Of a DNA stretch of 64,000 nucleotides, positions 11,005-21,067 are shown piece by piece. This DNA is from Schizochytrium sp. TIO01 (taxonomy: Eukaryota > Protista > Bigyra: Labyrinthulomycetes). Every line of letters begins with the position of its first letter. Within the stretch, counting starts at the first letter, position 1. The notes beneath the pieces were generated by a model. That model searched no databases, had not been told where the DNA came from, and saw only the letters and a program-made list of their open reading frames with translations. The DNA is taken from positions 1,240,001-1,304,000 of the forward strand of contig SMSO01000034.1 of NCBI GenBank assembly GCA_004764695.1, written 5' to 3'. The position numbers were made by a program, and so were the translations under genes.

Positions 11005-12071
11005 TCTTCTTGCCAGCCGGTTGCCAGGGTTCACTTCACGCGAATAACCTTTGGCCGGTTAATGGCGCAGCAACCTTCGCAATTAACCTTCACTGTATGA
11101 CTTACAAACCTTTGTGCCCAAAAAGAACTAATATTAGTAGTGTCCGTGACAGGGAACTTAAGCACAATGAAAGAATATTAATCAAATAACTATTTCTCTA
11201 TTGACAACGAGGCAATCCCACCTAACCTCTCTCCTTAAACCCTATGCTCGTATATCTTCTTCTTAAATCAACACAACCAATTTGACTAACATGTATTTGA
11301 GATAAGGAAACCCTCTGCCTCTTTTATGACTTATTAGCCACTCCCATTTCAATCCCCATACCAAGTATCGTCCACGTTTAGCTGCTTTTGTTATCGCTAT
11401 CGCCGATTGTGCCTTCATTGCATTTTTATTCGTCACGAAAATAAGACCGTTGCACAACCCATTTATCTACCAAAATGGGTTCTTCACCGCACCTGCCTTC
11501 GAGTCATCTTCTCATAGACCTATTTGTGTCTTCAATATGACCGGTAAAGTGCAACGCAATTCAACCAATCAATCGATCAACCAGAACACGAGGATGGGAA
11601 TGGTATTCGTTCATCCGAAAGTTCTACAGGTAACGCCTAAAGATTGGCGTGGCATTTTCCTGAAGAAGAATGATCCTCCACGCCACAATTCATTATCGCT
11701 ACCACTACTGGCCTTGGAGCTTTATCTCTAGAGACTTGTCCTTCATACCTGAGCAGGTCCATTTTGATGGAGCTCCTTCACGAGATTCGTGTGATGTTAT
11801 TACAGTTCCCAGATAACCAAAATCTCTTTGCCAAAGGAATTTACGTATAATCATAATTCTCTGCAGAAGCCATCGATCGCACGACTCACCAAAACGAGAA
11901 AGAGGCGAGCGGCCGTCTTGACATTCTGCATCAGAATCGTCCTCGGCATCCAAGTCTCTCAGAAAGCCTCACCGACATCGACGACGATTTCTAACAGTTG
12001 AACCTGAAGAGGAAACCTTTTTGATACATTTTATTTACAATTCATAATGTTATTTATTCTCTCAATAATTA

Positions 12072-12098
12072 AAAGAAAGAAAGAAAGAAAGAAAGAAG
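12072..12098. repeat. (GAAA)n microsatellite
   Basis: Directly visible tandem repeat. Confidence 0.9.
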
Positions 12099-12686
12099 AC
12101 TAAAGATGCCGTCGTACTTGGAAGATGAGGTTCCGCAACCGTTCCGTGGGGGTGGACAGACGAACAAACAGCCAGCAAGAAGGGCGGACTGCTAGCGATA
12201 CCCGTATGTACCCATTAGTCGCCAATCACAGCTGAAAGCAATGGAGGCGCTTGTGAGGGGCGGACCTCGTCTCGGTAGTTTAAAACAGCGGAAGTTCCTC
12301 CGAGTCGGCACGCTCACGTGCCTCACTGTCACCTAGAAAGGCAGTGTGGTTAGAGGAGCCTAACTATGGGTTCTGCTGTGAAATGGGGTTATACACTCCC
12401 ACAGCGACTGAGGATGCGGTGGATACAGAGGGGAAGATAGATCCACAGTTCCACGAGGATTGGCATCGAGATCCCGATTTACAAGGTTTTTTCGCAAATT
12501 CCCCCTCACAGAGCCTTAGAGGTGCTCGACTCTGTCCACTGCCCACAGTGCACTCACACGCGCGAGGCCCCCACTGCCTCGTGGAGGTGTTCCTGAATTT
12601 CCGGAGCCGATAGAAGCTTCTGGAAAGCCCTCTTTCCACGGCGTTTCTCCGAGCGTTCCGCGCTTTCCCGCCCTTCTCCGCCCTCC

Positions 12687-12887
12687 CGTAAGTGAAGTAT
12701 TTCTATTCCCCACTTACACCTACTATAGCCTATTCCTATAAAGCCCTTTCCCCCTCGCCCGCAAGTGCAGAACCCGCCTTCCGCAAGTGAGCTATACAAG
12801 TGGGTTATACCTCCCCTGCAAGTGAGACAAACCCGCATTCTTCACTGTGCCAACCTTTCTCCAAGTGAACTATAGCTTTCGCAAGTG
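12687..12887 (+). promoter_or_regulatory. Cluster of CAAGTG motifs, putative cis-regulatory module
   Basis: Six CAAGTG and one TAAGTG on + within 200 bp, lying between divergent WDR60 and HAD-like genes. Confidence 0.35.
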
Positions 12888-13159
12888 GCTTTGAAAGCGA
12901 TCCTCCGCCTCCCTAAAGAGAGATAGATCGCCATAACTTATACCATATAACCCATAACTCATAAAGAAAGAAAAGAAAGAGAAGAAGAGAAGAGAAAAGA
13001 AATATCATCGTCATCGCCACTGCCGAGAAGACCAAGCAACGTGCATGACCTTACCCAATCCCAAGCGCCTGGACCTGAGATCCTCCAGCCCTTCGCAGCC
13101 GTTGCCTGGCTGTGGCGTCCATCATCTCCAGCTTCCTCGGCATCCTCTCAGACCCAGAG

Positions 13160-13206
13160 CTTTGCTTTACTTTGGTTTGCTTTGCTTTGCTTTGCTTTGC
13201 TTTGCT
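13160..13206. repeat. (CTTTG)n imperfect microsatellite
   Basis: Directly visible. Confidence 0.85.
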
Positions 13207-13758
13207 CCATCAATCTTATTCGTTGTTGCGTTCACGAAACCGGAAAGAAACAGCTCCAGCAAAAAAGAACGGAACAGAACGCGCATAGGCGAAACGTTAG
13301 AAGTGGCGGGTAGAAGGGTCTCCATATTAATTGTGGGAGGGGAGGGGTATAGTAAAGGGTAGCGGGGTCCCTAGGAGGCGGGGGAGCGAAAGAGCGGCAG
13401 AAAGTAGTCAGGCATCCATCGCGGAGCCGAGTGCTGCGCGACGGCGGGCCCGCCCCTCGCTCGTCGTCGTCGCTCGCTCGCGTTACCCTCTCGCGCCCGC
13501 CTCCACTCCCGCTGCCGAGCGGCCTCCTCCGGCGGAGAGCCGCCGCATCGCGAGCATCATCGGCCCGTGGAAGCAAGCAGCAAGGTCGCTTTGGCTGAGC
13601 AAACCTTCTCAATCCAGCCCCTCCCTACCTACGAACCGCACGCGCCGCAGAGCACGCAGCGCGCGGAGCGAGGGAAGGTGAACAGGTGCGGACGCAGCCG
13701 CCCCTGACCCGCGCGGACTCGAGCCGCAGGCCGCGAGCTCGCGCAGAGGCTTCAGTCG

Positions 13759-13895
13759 TCTTCTTCTTCTCTTGTTCTTCTCTTGTTCTTTCTGTTCTTC
13801 GCCGTCGTTCTTTCTCTTTCTTTCTTTCTCTTTCTTTCTTTCTTTCTTTCTTTTTCTCTCTTTCTTTCTCTTTCTTTCTTTCTCTTTCCTTTGTC
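13759..13895 (+). repeat. Polypyrimidine (TC/TTTC) low-complexity tract
   Basis: Directly visible; follows a GC-rich block at 13380-13750. Confidence 0.85.
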
Positions 13896-16079
13896 TTCGC
13901 GCTCCGTTCCGAGTTAGTTCTGCAGCGGTGCTGCGCAGAGCCGGAGTAGAGAGCACCTAGGCGAAAGACTAGGGGAACCCTGGGATTGATTGACTGTGTG
14001 GTTGAGTTTACGAGTGGGTGATTGAAGGAGTTGATTGATCCATTGCGAAGGTTGTGAGAGCAGAGGCGCCGCGAGGAGGAGGCAGCGTGCGAAGCACAGC
14101 GAAAGGTGAGAGATTCCTAGAGGACCTGAACCCCCGGCAAATCTGATCAAAATAGTGCCAGACCACCTCGGATCGACGAGGCATTTCATTTCGCTTACAT
14201 TTTCTATTACTACTACTACTACCGTCTAGTTGGGCACAGAAAGTCACTCGACTTGCCGTCTCCCTGGTTGTCTCGCTCGTCTGTCTGTGCTGTGCTTGTG
14301 CTATTAAGTTAGTCAGCCGCGCAGCTAGCTGGTCAAGCGTTTGTAACGTGCTGCTCTGTCTTGAAGAGCGCCGTGTGAACATTTTGTTGTAGAAGAAATT
14401 GAGTGAAGAAATACCGTCGAGGCCGTTCCGGACTGGCTGCTTGTAAAAGGCCGGCATCACCTGGAGGTCGACATTGTGGGTCGATCGTTACCAGGAAGCG
14501 TGTTCAGACAAAGGTCTCTCTCTGATACTCTAAGTTATAGAGTTTTCGTTGATTCTCCGCGCGCTGTTGAGTGCGGCGCCGTAGCGAAGAAACGAAGCAA
14601 GCCGAGCACTTTAGACCAACACATTACTCTCGTGTGTTGTTTGTTCTCGTGTTTGCTCGCTCCTTCAGTCTTTTGACATTTTAATCTCACACCGTTTTTG
14701 CACCTTCGTGAGTTGGTTACACGTGCATTTGTAGTTGCAGCAAAGCAAAAAAAAAAAAGTCGACGCACCACCTTCCGAGATTTGGAGTACCTTCTCGGCG
14801 TTGCGAAAGTCTTTAATAGCGCTTTGACATCTTTTGTTGCTCGTGCGCCCCTTCTGCGGAGTTTGTGCAAGTTTTCTTCTCCCCCTCACCTTACTTATAC
14901 CGTTGTTGATTTTCCCTTAGTGGTGTCTTTGTTGCATATTCGATCTGTTTCCAACTCAGATTCGTACGACTTGGACAATACTGTTTCTACCTTTATCATT
15001 TCTTACTCCAGGTTTACTATCCTATCTTTTCTAAGTCTAGGCTGTGAACCCGCTGGGGTGTGTGGTCTCGCTTCATTTGAACTTTCGAGAGCGATTGGCC
15101 GATTGTTGTTGTTGATTTTAGTTGCTACAATATCCGTACTTTGAATCGGAGTAGCTAAACAGGGTTCGCCCTCCCTCTATCGTTTGTGATCCATAAAGTT
15201 TACTTTGCAAAAAGAAAAAAAGAAATAACTCGTCGAGTACGAAAGCTCGCAGAAAAAAGAAAAAAAGTCTCTAATTCGCACAAATTAAAAAAAAGTTTAA
15301 GACAAAAAAAGCCAAGTAAAGAAAAAAAAATCACAAAACAAACCCGATAGTATAGGCACATTGATCCAACTTGTGCCCCACTGTACATCATCGGTTGCTC
15401 GCCTCTATCTCGTTCGAATCGAAGCACGCACTCGACCCAACCAAGACAAGTCCCTCCTCGTTTAAACGCGTAAGGAGTCTCGTCTAACCCAAATATCTGC
15501 CCCTTACAACGGAACCCAGCTTCTAATTAGCTTTCCTGAAGAACCTCCGGAAGGAGCTTAGCTTTACCTTTGCGATCCCACGCAATTTATCCAGGCACTC
15601 ATCTGCCTGGTCTTTTGTTAACTAAGTAGCCTCCTTCGTCGTGCAATTCGCTCTCGCAGTCTCTGCTGCAAAGCTCCTACCTAAGTTCTTTGGACCGCCC
15701 GCTGCGTACTTTTGTTTCCTCATTATCTTATTAGTTACCTTCATTTCTGCTCTTCTAGCGAGAAATCTCACCTGCGAACTTTCTTTATTCTCAGTGAGTC
15801 CTTGTCTAGAGCTTAGCTGAAGAAGCCGCGGCCCCGGCTTGTTCAACCCACGTTTTTACTGTTCCCATTCACATTTACTCGATAGTCTCACAGTAGATAT
15901 CGTAAGTTTTACCCAGAAGTCGACGTTGATCAAGCCTGGAGCCTTATCTCCAGCTTGGTCAGTCGAATAACACAGAAAGCACCACGCCTTCCCTTAACAT
16001 CACCGTGCCCGGCACGATTGAGTGCAAGGAGGACCTCGACGCCACGCCCAAGGCGAGCCAAGGACTGGAGGAAGAGGCC

Positions 16080-16826
16080 ATGCTGGAGGCTATCATGTCA
16101 CCACCAAGCATGCAATCTTCCCTCATGAACCCAAAGCATGCTGGTTCCAATGATAAAGCACTCTTATCGAAGCCACAAGAAGTGATGCAACAGGAAAACT
16201 CTCTTTTTATCATCGATTGGGATGATACTCTCCTGGCAACCTCCTGGCTTAGCTCTCAAGGTCTTCGCCTCGATGCTACAGAAATCCCCGAGTTTGTTGC
16301 CGAAGAGCTTCGTGCTCTTGAATCTTCCATTTATAGCCTTCTCGCCTACGTCCTTACGATTGGCAAAGTGGCAATCGTCACAAATGCAGAAAGCTCTTGG
16401 GTGGAACTGTCGGCTCGGAAGTTCGTTCCTGCCGTCTGCGATCTGTTGCCTCAGATCCGGGTTCTTTCTGCTCGCTCGAGCTACCAAGACATGTACCCGA
16501 ACCAGGTTCCCAAGTGGAAGATTGAAGCATACAAGTGTGTTTTCCAAGAGGCCTTTCCTGAATTGTCTTTTTCACAATACTCGAAAGTCCAAAATAGAGT
16601 CCAAGTCCTCAGTCTGGGCGACTCTGTCTATGAGCGCGACGCGCTAATGGAGCTTGCGTCCCATGTTGGCGCAGAAAAGCTCTTACCCAAATCGGTCAAG
16701 TTTGTCGAGCGCCCAAATCCAGGCCAGCTCGTACAACAGATCGCCATCGTACTCGACAACTTGTTTGATGTCTACTCGTCCACTGATGGCGTTGTTGATC
16801 TCATGCTTCAAGTTGAGTACCTCTAA
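16080..16826 (+). CDS. HAD-like (DxDDT) protein of the uncharacterised IDWDDTL family; possible CUG-initiated extension from 15936
   Basis: FIIDWDDTLLATSWL (motif I), IVTNAESSWV (motif II), WK (motif III), LSLGDSVYERDA (motif IV), KSVKFVERP. Confidence 0.85.
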   Translation: MLEAIMSPPSMQSSLMNPKHAGSNDKALLSKPQEVMQQENSLFIIDWDDTLLATSWLSSQGLRLDATEIPEFVAEELRALESSIYSLLAYVLTIGKVAIVTNAESSWVELSARKFVPAVCDLLPQIRVLSARSSYQDMYPNQVPKWKIEAYKCVFQEAFPELSFSQYSKVQNRVQVLSLGDSVYERDALMELASHVGAEKLLPKSVKFVERPNPGQLVQQIAIVLDNLFDVYSSTDGVVDLMLQVEYL

Positions 16827-17571
16827 TGAAGTTCAAGAAGACAATCCAACACAAAATTTAAAAACTCGCTGTATTTTCAACAAAAATCCAAAAAAATGAA
16901 AAGAAATGTCCTTATCAAACCTTTTTTCGTTTTGGCTCGTTGTTGTAGATGTGTTTTGGGCGGGTGGTTGTGTTTGGGACTTGATTTTGTAGTTGATGCA
17001 CAGTTGTTAATTGTTTCTGGAGAACTTAGCACTTTGAAGGCTAGGTTCCAGTAGCTTGAGGTCTGCAGTTGTTCCTATTATTCGCTTGTACCAAATACTG
17101 ACAGCGCACAGTCGCCACATTTTTATTTTTATTTTTGTGTACTTTGTAGCTTGTACTGTGACCTTAAGGTGACTTGTGGGATATTTTTAACATTTCAATA
17201 ATCACTGCACCTACTTATCGCAGTGGAATCGAATTGTAAGTTTTTGTATATAGATTGTTTATAAAATTAAATGAGAAGACTTTAAGTGGGAATACTTTTT
17301 TTTGTAGAACAAGACTTTAAGTGCCTGCGCTAGCCTCGGTGTATACAGCGTTTTGCTGGCTTGACTGTGACAGAAAGCTTATGTGGGGTCTCTAACGATT
17401 TTCTTTGATATTATGAATCTATCCCCATAAACAAGGCATGCCATTAAAAATAGTTGGCACTTAAGTCAAGGATAGAGTGCGTACGACGCATATCGTTTTG
17501 GCCTAGATTCACAAGTACACTAGTTACCTTGCCAGTATTGTTGACAAGTCCATAAGCAGCTACCCAGCCTT

Positions 17572-18607
17572 TCAGATTTCCCTCTTTCGCCCAGTGCCAA
17601 ATTCAGGGTACTCCTCTGCCTTTCCAAACACAGGTGCAAGCACTTCACGCATTATTCCATCTACCATAAATCCTGTAAGACCCCAAATCGGAGGATTTTT
17701 GCCAATTTCGAAGCGAGGCATTGACCAACGCCCAGACAGGTCCTCCATTGTTCTATGATCTGGATGAAGCAGATCCTCCACACGTACAGAAAAGCATTTT
17801 TCCACCTCGACGCTAACCCCAGATGCATATTCGACTTGCTGGCGTGTGAGATCGCCGGGCTGGACATAACAAAGAACTGGTGTTACCATTGTACCAGTCA
17901 CCGCACGAACCTTGTGCCATCGTGCGAGAGGCTTGCTTACGAAGCCAGTTTCCTCCTCTAGTTCCCTCACGCATGCCTGTTCTGGGGTTTCTCCAGCTTC
18001 CAAGTGCCCTCCGGGAAATGAAACCTGCCCTGCGTGAGTGTTGACTGCCTGAGACCGCAAAGTCAGGAGTAAAGACGCCTCTCCATCAACATTGCACATT
18101 GCCACGCAGGTTGCAGCCTCTGCAAGCGCCAACCACATCCGCAGTTGAATGGTGTTAATATTAAAAAAATAAAAAATAGAGAGAACGCTCAAGTTAGTTA
18201 AACTTTGAGTTACATCTGGGCCAAGCCACAAATTATACCACTCAAGAGATATTAAGCCTACCCATCAAGTCTTATACACATATTTTCACTCAATGATAAC
18301 TTGAGTTATGGTTGCTTTTTGTGCGTTTCATTTCCTTTGCTCTCAAGAACTGAAGCTGTTGCTTATACTCTCAGAATAGTATAAACCACAGCATCCATCT
18401 AGGCTCCATGCATCTTCATCTGGTCTCGGGCTAAATCTGAAAAAGGGTCTTCCCGTGTCACGTACCTCTGTTCATGCGCCGTTCGTACTCCGCGGGATCT
18501 CTCTGCATCTTCCGAGGAATGGTTTTGTCATACCTGCGTCGAGGCAGCGCAAGGGCCACTTCGCGCAGTTTTGACAAGGTCTTCTCTGTGAAACACAGCT
18601 TCTCCAT
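17572..18607 (-). CDS. Nudix hydrolase, CoA pyrophosphatase type (NUDT7/8, NudL); exons 18607-18466 and 18119-17572
   Basis: LLLTLRS...HAGQVSFPGG NuCoA motif, Nudix box ACVRELEEETG, and IWGLT. The phase-1 junction AGAG|gtacgt ... ttgcag|AG joins the exons in frame. Confidence 0.88.
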
Positions 18608-19216
18608 CCTGGGAGACTGAGCAGACCTTCTAACCTAACGCTCCGATGCCCGTACCACTGCCCGTTGTTTGAGATATTGTTGCAAACGTTGGTGAACAAC
18701 ATGATTCGTTCATCAATGAATTCATTTCTTTCGGGCTCATTTCTTTTTTATTGCGTATGACGAATGTTTGTTTGCATAAGATGTGTCGCGATATCCTTTT
18801 CATGTAGAGTCATATAACCGAAGCTCTGAGGAAAGCTACAGTCCTGTAGTATAGACGTTTTACGAGCAGGCTAAACCTCTCTGGATTACAATTCCGCCAA
18901 GTGCCAGTTCACACCCTGCGCTGTTATGTGCTTGCCAAATTTGAGAGAATCTACTCTGTTTTCGTTCTTTTTTAGTTTAAAGAAGAAGAAAAAAGTCTAC
19001 CAATGTTTTATTATTTTCTTGGTTAAAGTGTTTTTGTTGTTGTTGTTCTTGATATTTTATTAGATATAAAAAGCGAAAAATGTGTCTTCTCAGCATTACG
19101 CTGCGGCGAAATCTGAGGTGCAGTCTACAATCTTGCTGCCGCTTGTATTTTTGTACAATACTGGAGAATTAATTCACTGCAGTAGAAGATCGAGCTAGGT
19201 GCAGCAAGTACCGGTC

Positions 19217-20647
19217 ATGTGCACAACACTGGCGGTGTTGGCAGCTGCGGCAGCAGCGTGTGCAGCCTGGATGGCAGGATTTCTGCAGAGTGGCAAGAAC
19301 GATTCAACACGCCGTGAAGGACGCGTGGAGTTTGATTATGTGGTTATTGGTGGCGGCCCAAGTGGATGCTATTTAGCGAGACTTCTTGCAGAAAGGTTTC
19401 CTTCGAGGTCTGTATGCGTCATTAATCGCGATGGCGATCCGCCCAAGTTATGGAAGACCTACTTCATTAATCTTGTGGGAGTAGCGATACCCTCGCTTGT
19501 CCCAAGTTTTGCATATCGTTTAAGATCACACAAACGCCAGTTCGCTAACTCCACATACATTGGTGGAAATACAAATATCAATGCCGCAGTTGGCCCAGTG
19601 CCAAGTTTGTGTGAGTTTGCAGAATGTGTAGGATCTGCACTCGCGGAGCACTATGAAGACTTTGTAAAGGGTCCTGAAATCCGCCGTGTGAGTCGCGACT
19701 GCCGCAGCGAAGTTGGCCTAGAGCGCCTTAGTAAGGACCTCAACGAGCTTGGTGTTCCTGGTAGTCGCATAAGGGTCTTCTCTGATGGGATGAAGCGCAT
19801 TCATCCGGTTGACTTCATCAAGAAGCAAAAGAACATCTCTGTAGTGGTTGCGCATGCGGATTGTCTCCGGCTACATCCTGACACTAAGGCTGTTCAGAGT
19901 GTTATGTGTGATGGGGGGAAACTTGAAATTGTATCTAGGAATCGTACATTCCTGTGCGCCGGGGCTCTTGAGTCTCCGAAACTTCTTATTCGCTCAGGAG
20001 TAGGACCTAAACATCTTGTAGAAGGTGTTGGTCGGAAGGGTGGCTCTATTAACAAAAGCATAACGCCACCTGTTCTCGTTGAAAATGAGCACATTGGGAG
20101 TAATCTCCAAGACCACTGGGTAGGTAGGGCCTCCGCAAAAGTGCCTGATGCTTACACCTATGCAACTCTCTACCCTCACATTCTTGGGTATAAACACCAA
20201 TTTAAGGATGTCGCAATGGGATTTGGTAAGCTACAGCTGTTGGGCAAAAATCTCATGAGTTTTGCGACAACGCGTTGCAAAAACCCGGGTTCCTTAGTAT
20301 TGACCGCCGATGGGGACCTTGAACCTTATTTGCCTATTGGTGTGGACGACATGAATGCCTATCACGAAAGTCTTGAAGAACTCATTCGCAAACTTGCTGT
20401 TCTGGGAATTCGGGTCAAACCAAAGGTTGGTCCACTCAGCCCAAACTGGCACTTATCATGCACACTTAGTATTGGCACCTGTGTAGATGAAACGACACTT
20501 GAGGTTAAAGGTGTCCCCGGTCTTCACGTTGCGGACGTGTCTATTCTACGCAACATTTCACCTATGAACACGCAAATGCTTTCATATGCCATCCCGTTCG
20601 CTCTTGTGGAACAGCTTGGATCTGAACTTGCCAAATCTGCAGAATAA
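19217..20647 (+). CDS. GMC oxidoreductase family flavoprotein with N-terminal hydrophobic anchor
   Basis: FDYVVIGGGPSG, GGNTNINA, CAGALESPKLLIRSGVGP, IGSNLQDH, WHLSCT (catalytic His) and GLHVADVS...NTQ. Confidence 0.88.
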   Translation: MCTTLAVLAAAAAACAAWMAGFLQSGKNDSTRREGRVEFDYVVIGGGPSGCYLARLLAERFPSRSVCVINRDGDPPKLWKTYFINLVGVAIPSLVPSFAYRLRSHKRQFANSTYIGGNTNINAAVGPVPSLCEFAECVGSALAEHYEDFVKGPEIRRVSRDCRSEVGLERLSKDLNELGVPGSRIRVFSDGMKRIHPVDFIKKQKNISVVVAHADCLRLHPDTKAVQSVMCDGGKLEIVSRNRTFLCAGALESPKLLIRSGVGPKHLVEGVGRKGGSINKSITPPVLVENEHIGSNLQDHWVGRASAKVPDAYTYATLYPHILGYKHQFKDVAMGFGKLQLLGKNLMSFATTRCKNPGSLVLTADGDLEPYLPIGVDDMNAYHESLEELIRKLAVLGIRVKPKVGPLSPNWHLSCTLSIGTCVDETTLEVKGVPGLHVADVSILRNISPMNTQMLSYAIPFALVEQLGSELAKSAE

Positions 20648-21067
20648 ACCAAACCTCCAAGAAAGGAGTTCATCTTTGGAGGCAACATAGACAGCATCTC
20701 GGTCTTGTTTACCATCTTTAATGTTAGAAAGTAGAACTGTTTTCACAAATTTCTCTCCCCTCACTGCTACAATTATTCATTTTGCTTCATCAGACACTCA
20801 CTACCTTATCGTTTTGCCATGCCTCATAAGCTGGAGTCAAGTATATGTTTGCAAGCCAACAAGAAGAAATCAAGAACTAGATCACGTATCGCGCAAAAGA
20901 TTATGAAAGACCCATAATAATGCTGGTTTACTTAGTTCCGGCGACGCAATTGGACGTGTATAGAAAAGAGGAAAAGGCTTTTTTAAGGTTAGATTGAATT
21001 TGTAAACATAAAAACAATACATTGGAGTAGAGAGGTACACTATCTAATAAAACTAGACCTTGCCCAC

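Larger units (their letters stand above)
13048..16079 (+). promoter_or_regulatory. Putative very long AUG-free 5' leader/promoter of the HAD-like gene
   Basis: No ATG on + between 13045 and 16080, while CAT occurs more than 30 times in the same interval. Confidence 0.6.

Noticed and set aside
11450-11990. Short ORFs on both strands upstream of WDR60
   Set aside because: No recognisable homology or consistent frame.
14008-14184. MPRRSEVVWHYFD on the minus strand resembles the start of a BED zinc finger (hAT transposase)
   Set aside because: No in-frame CxxC or HxxxH follows, and there is no transposase body or terminal repeats.
20654-20682. Hairpin just after the GMC stop codon
   Set aside because: Short imperfect stem, within chance; bacterial terminator logic does not apply here.
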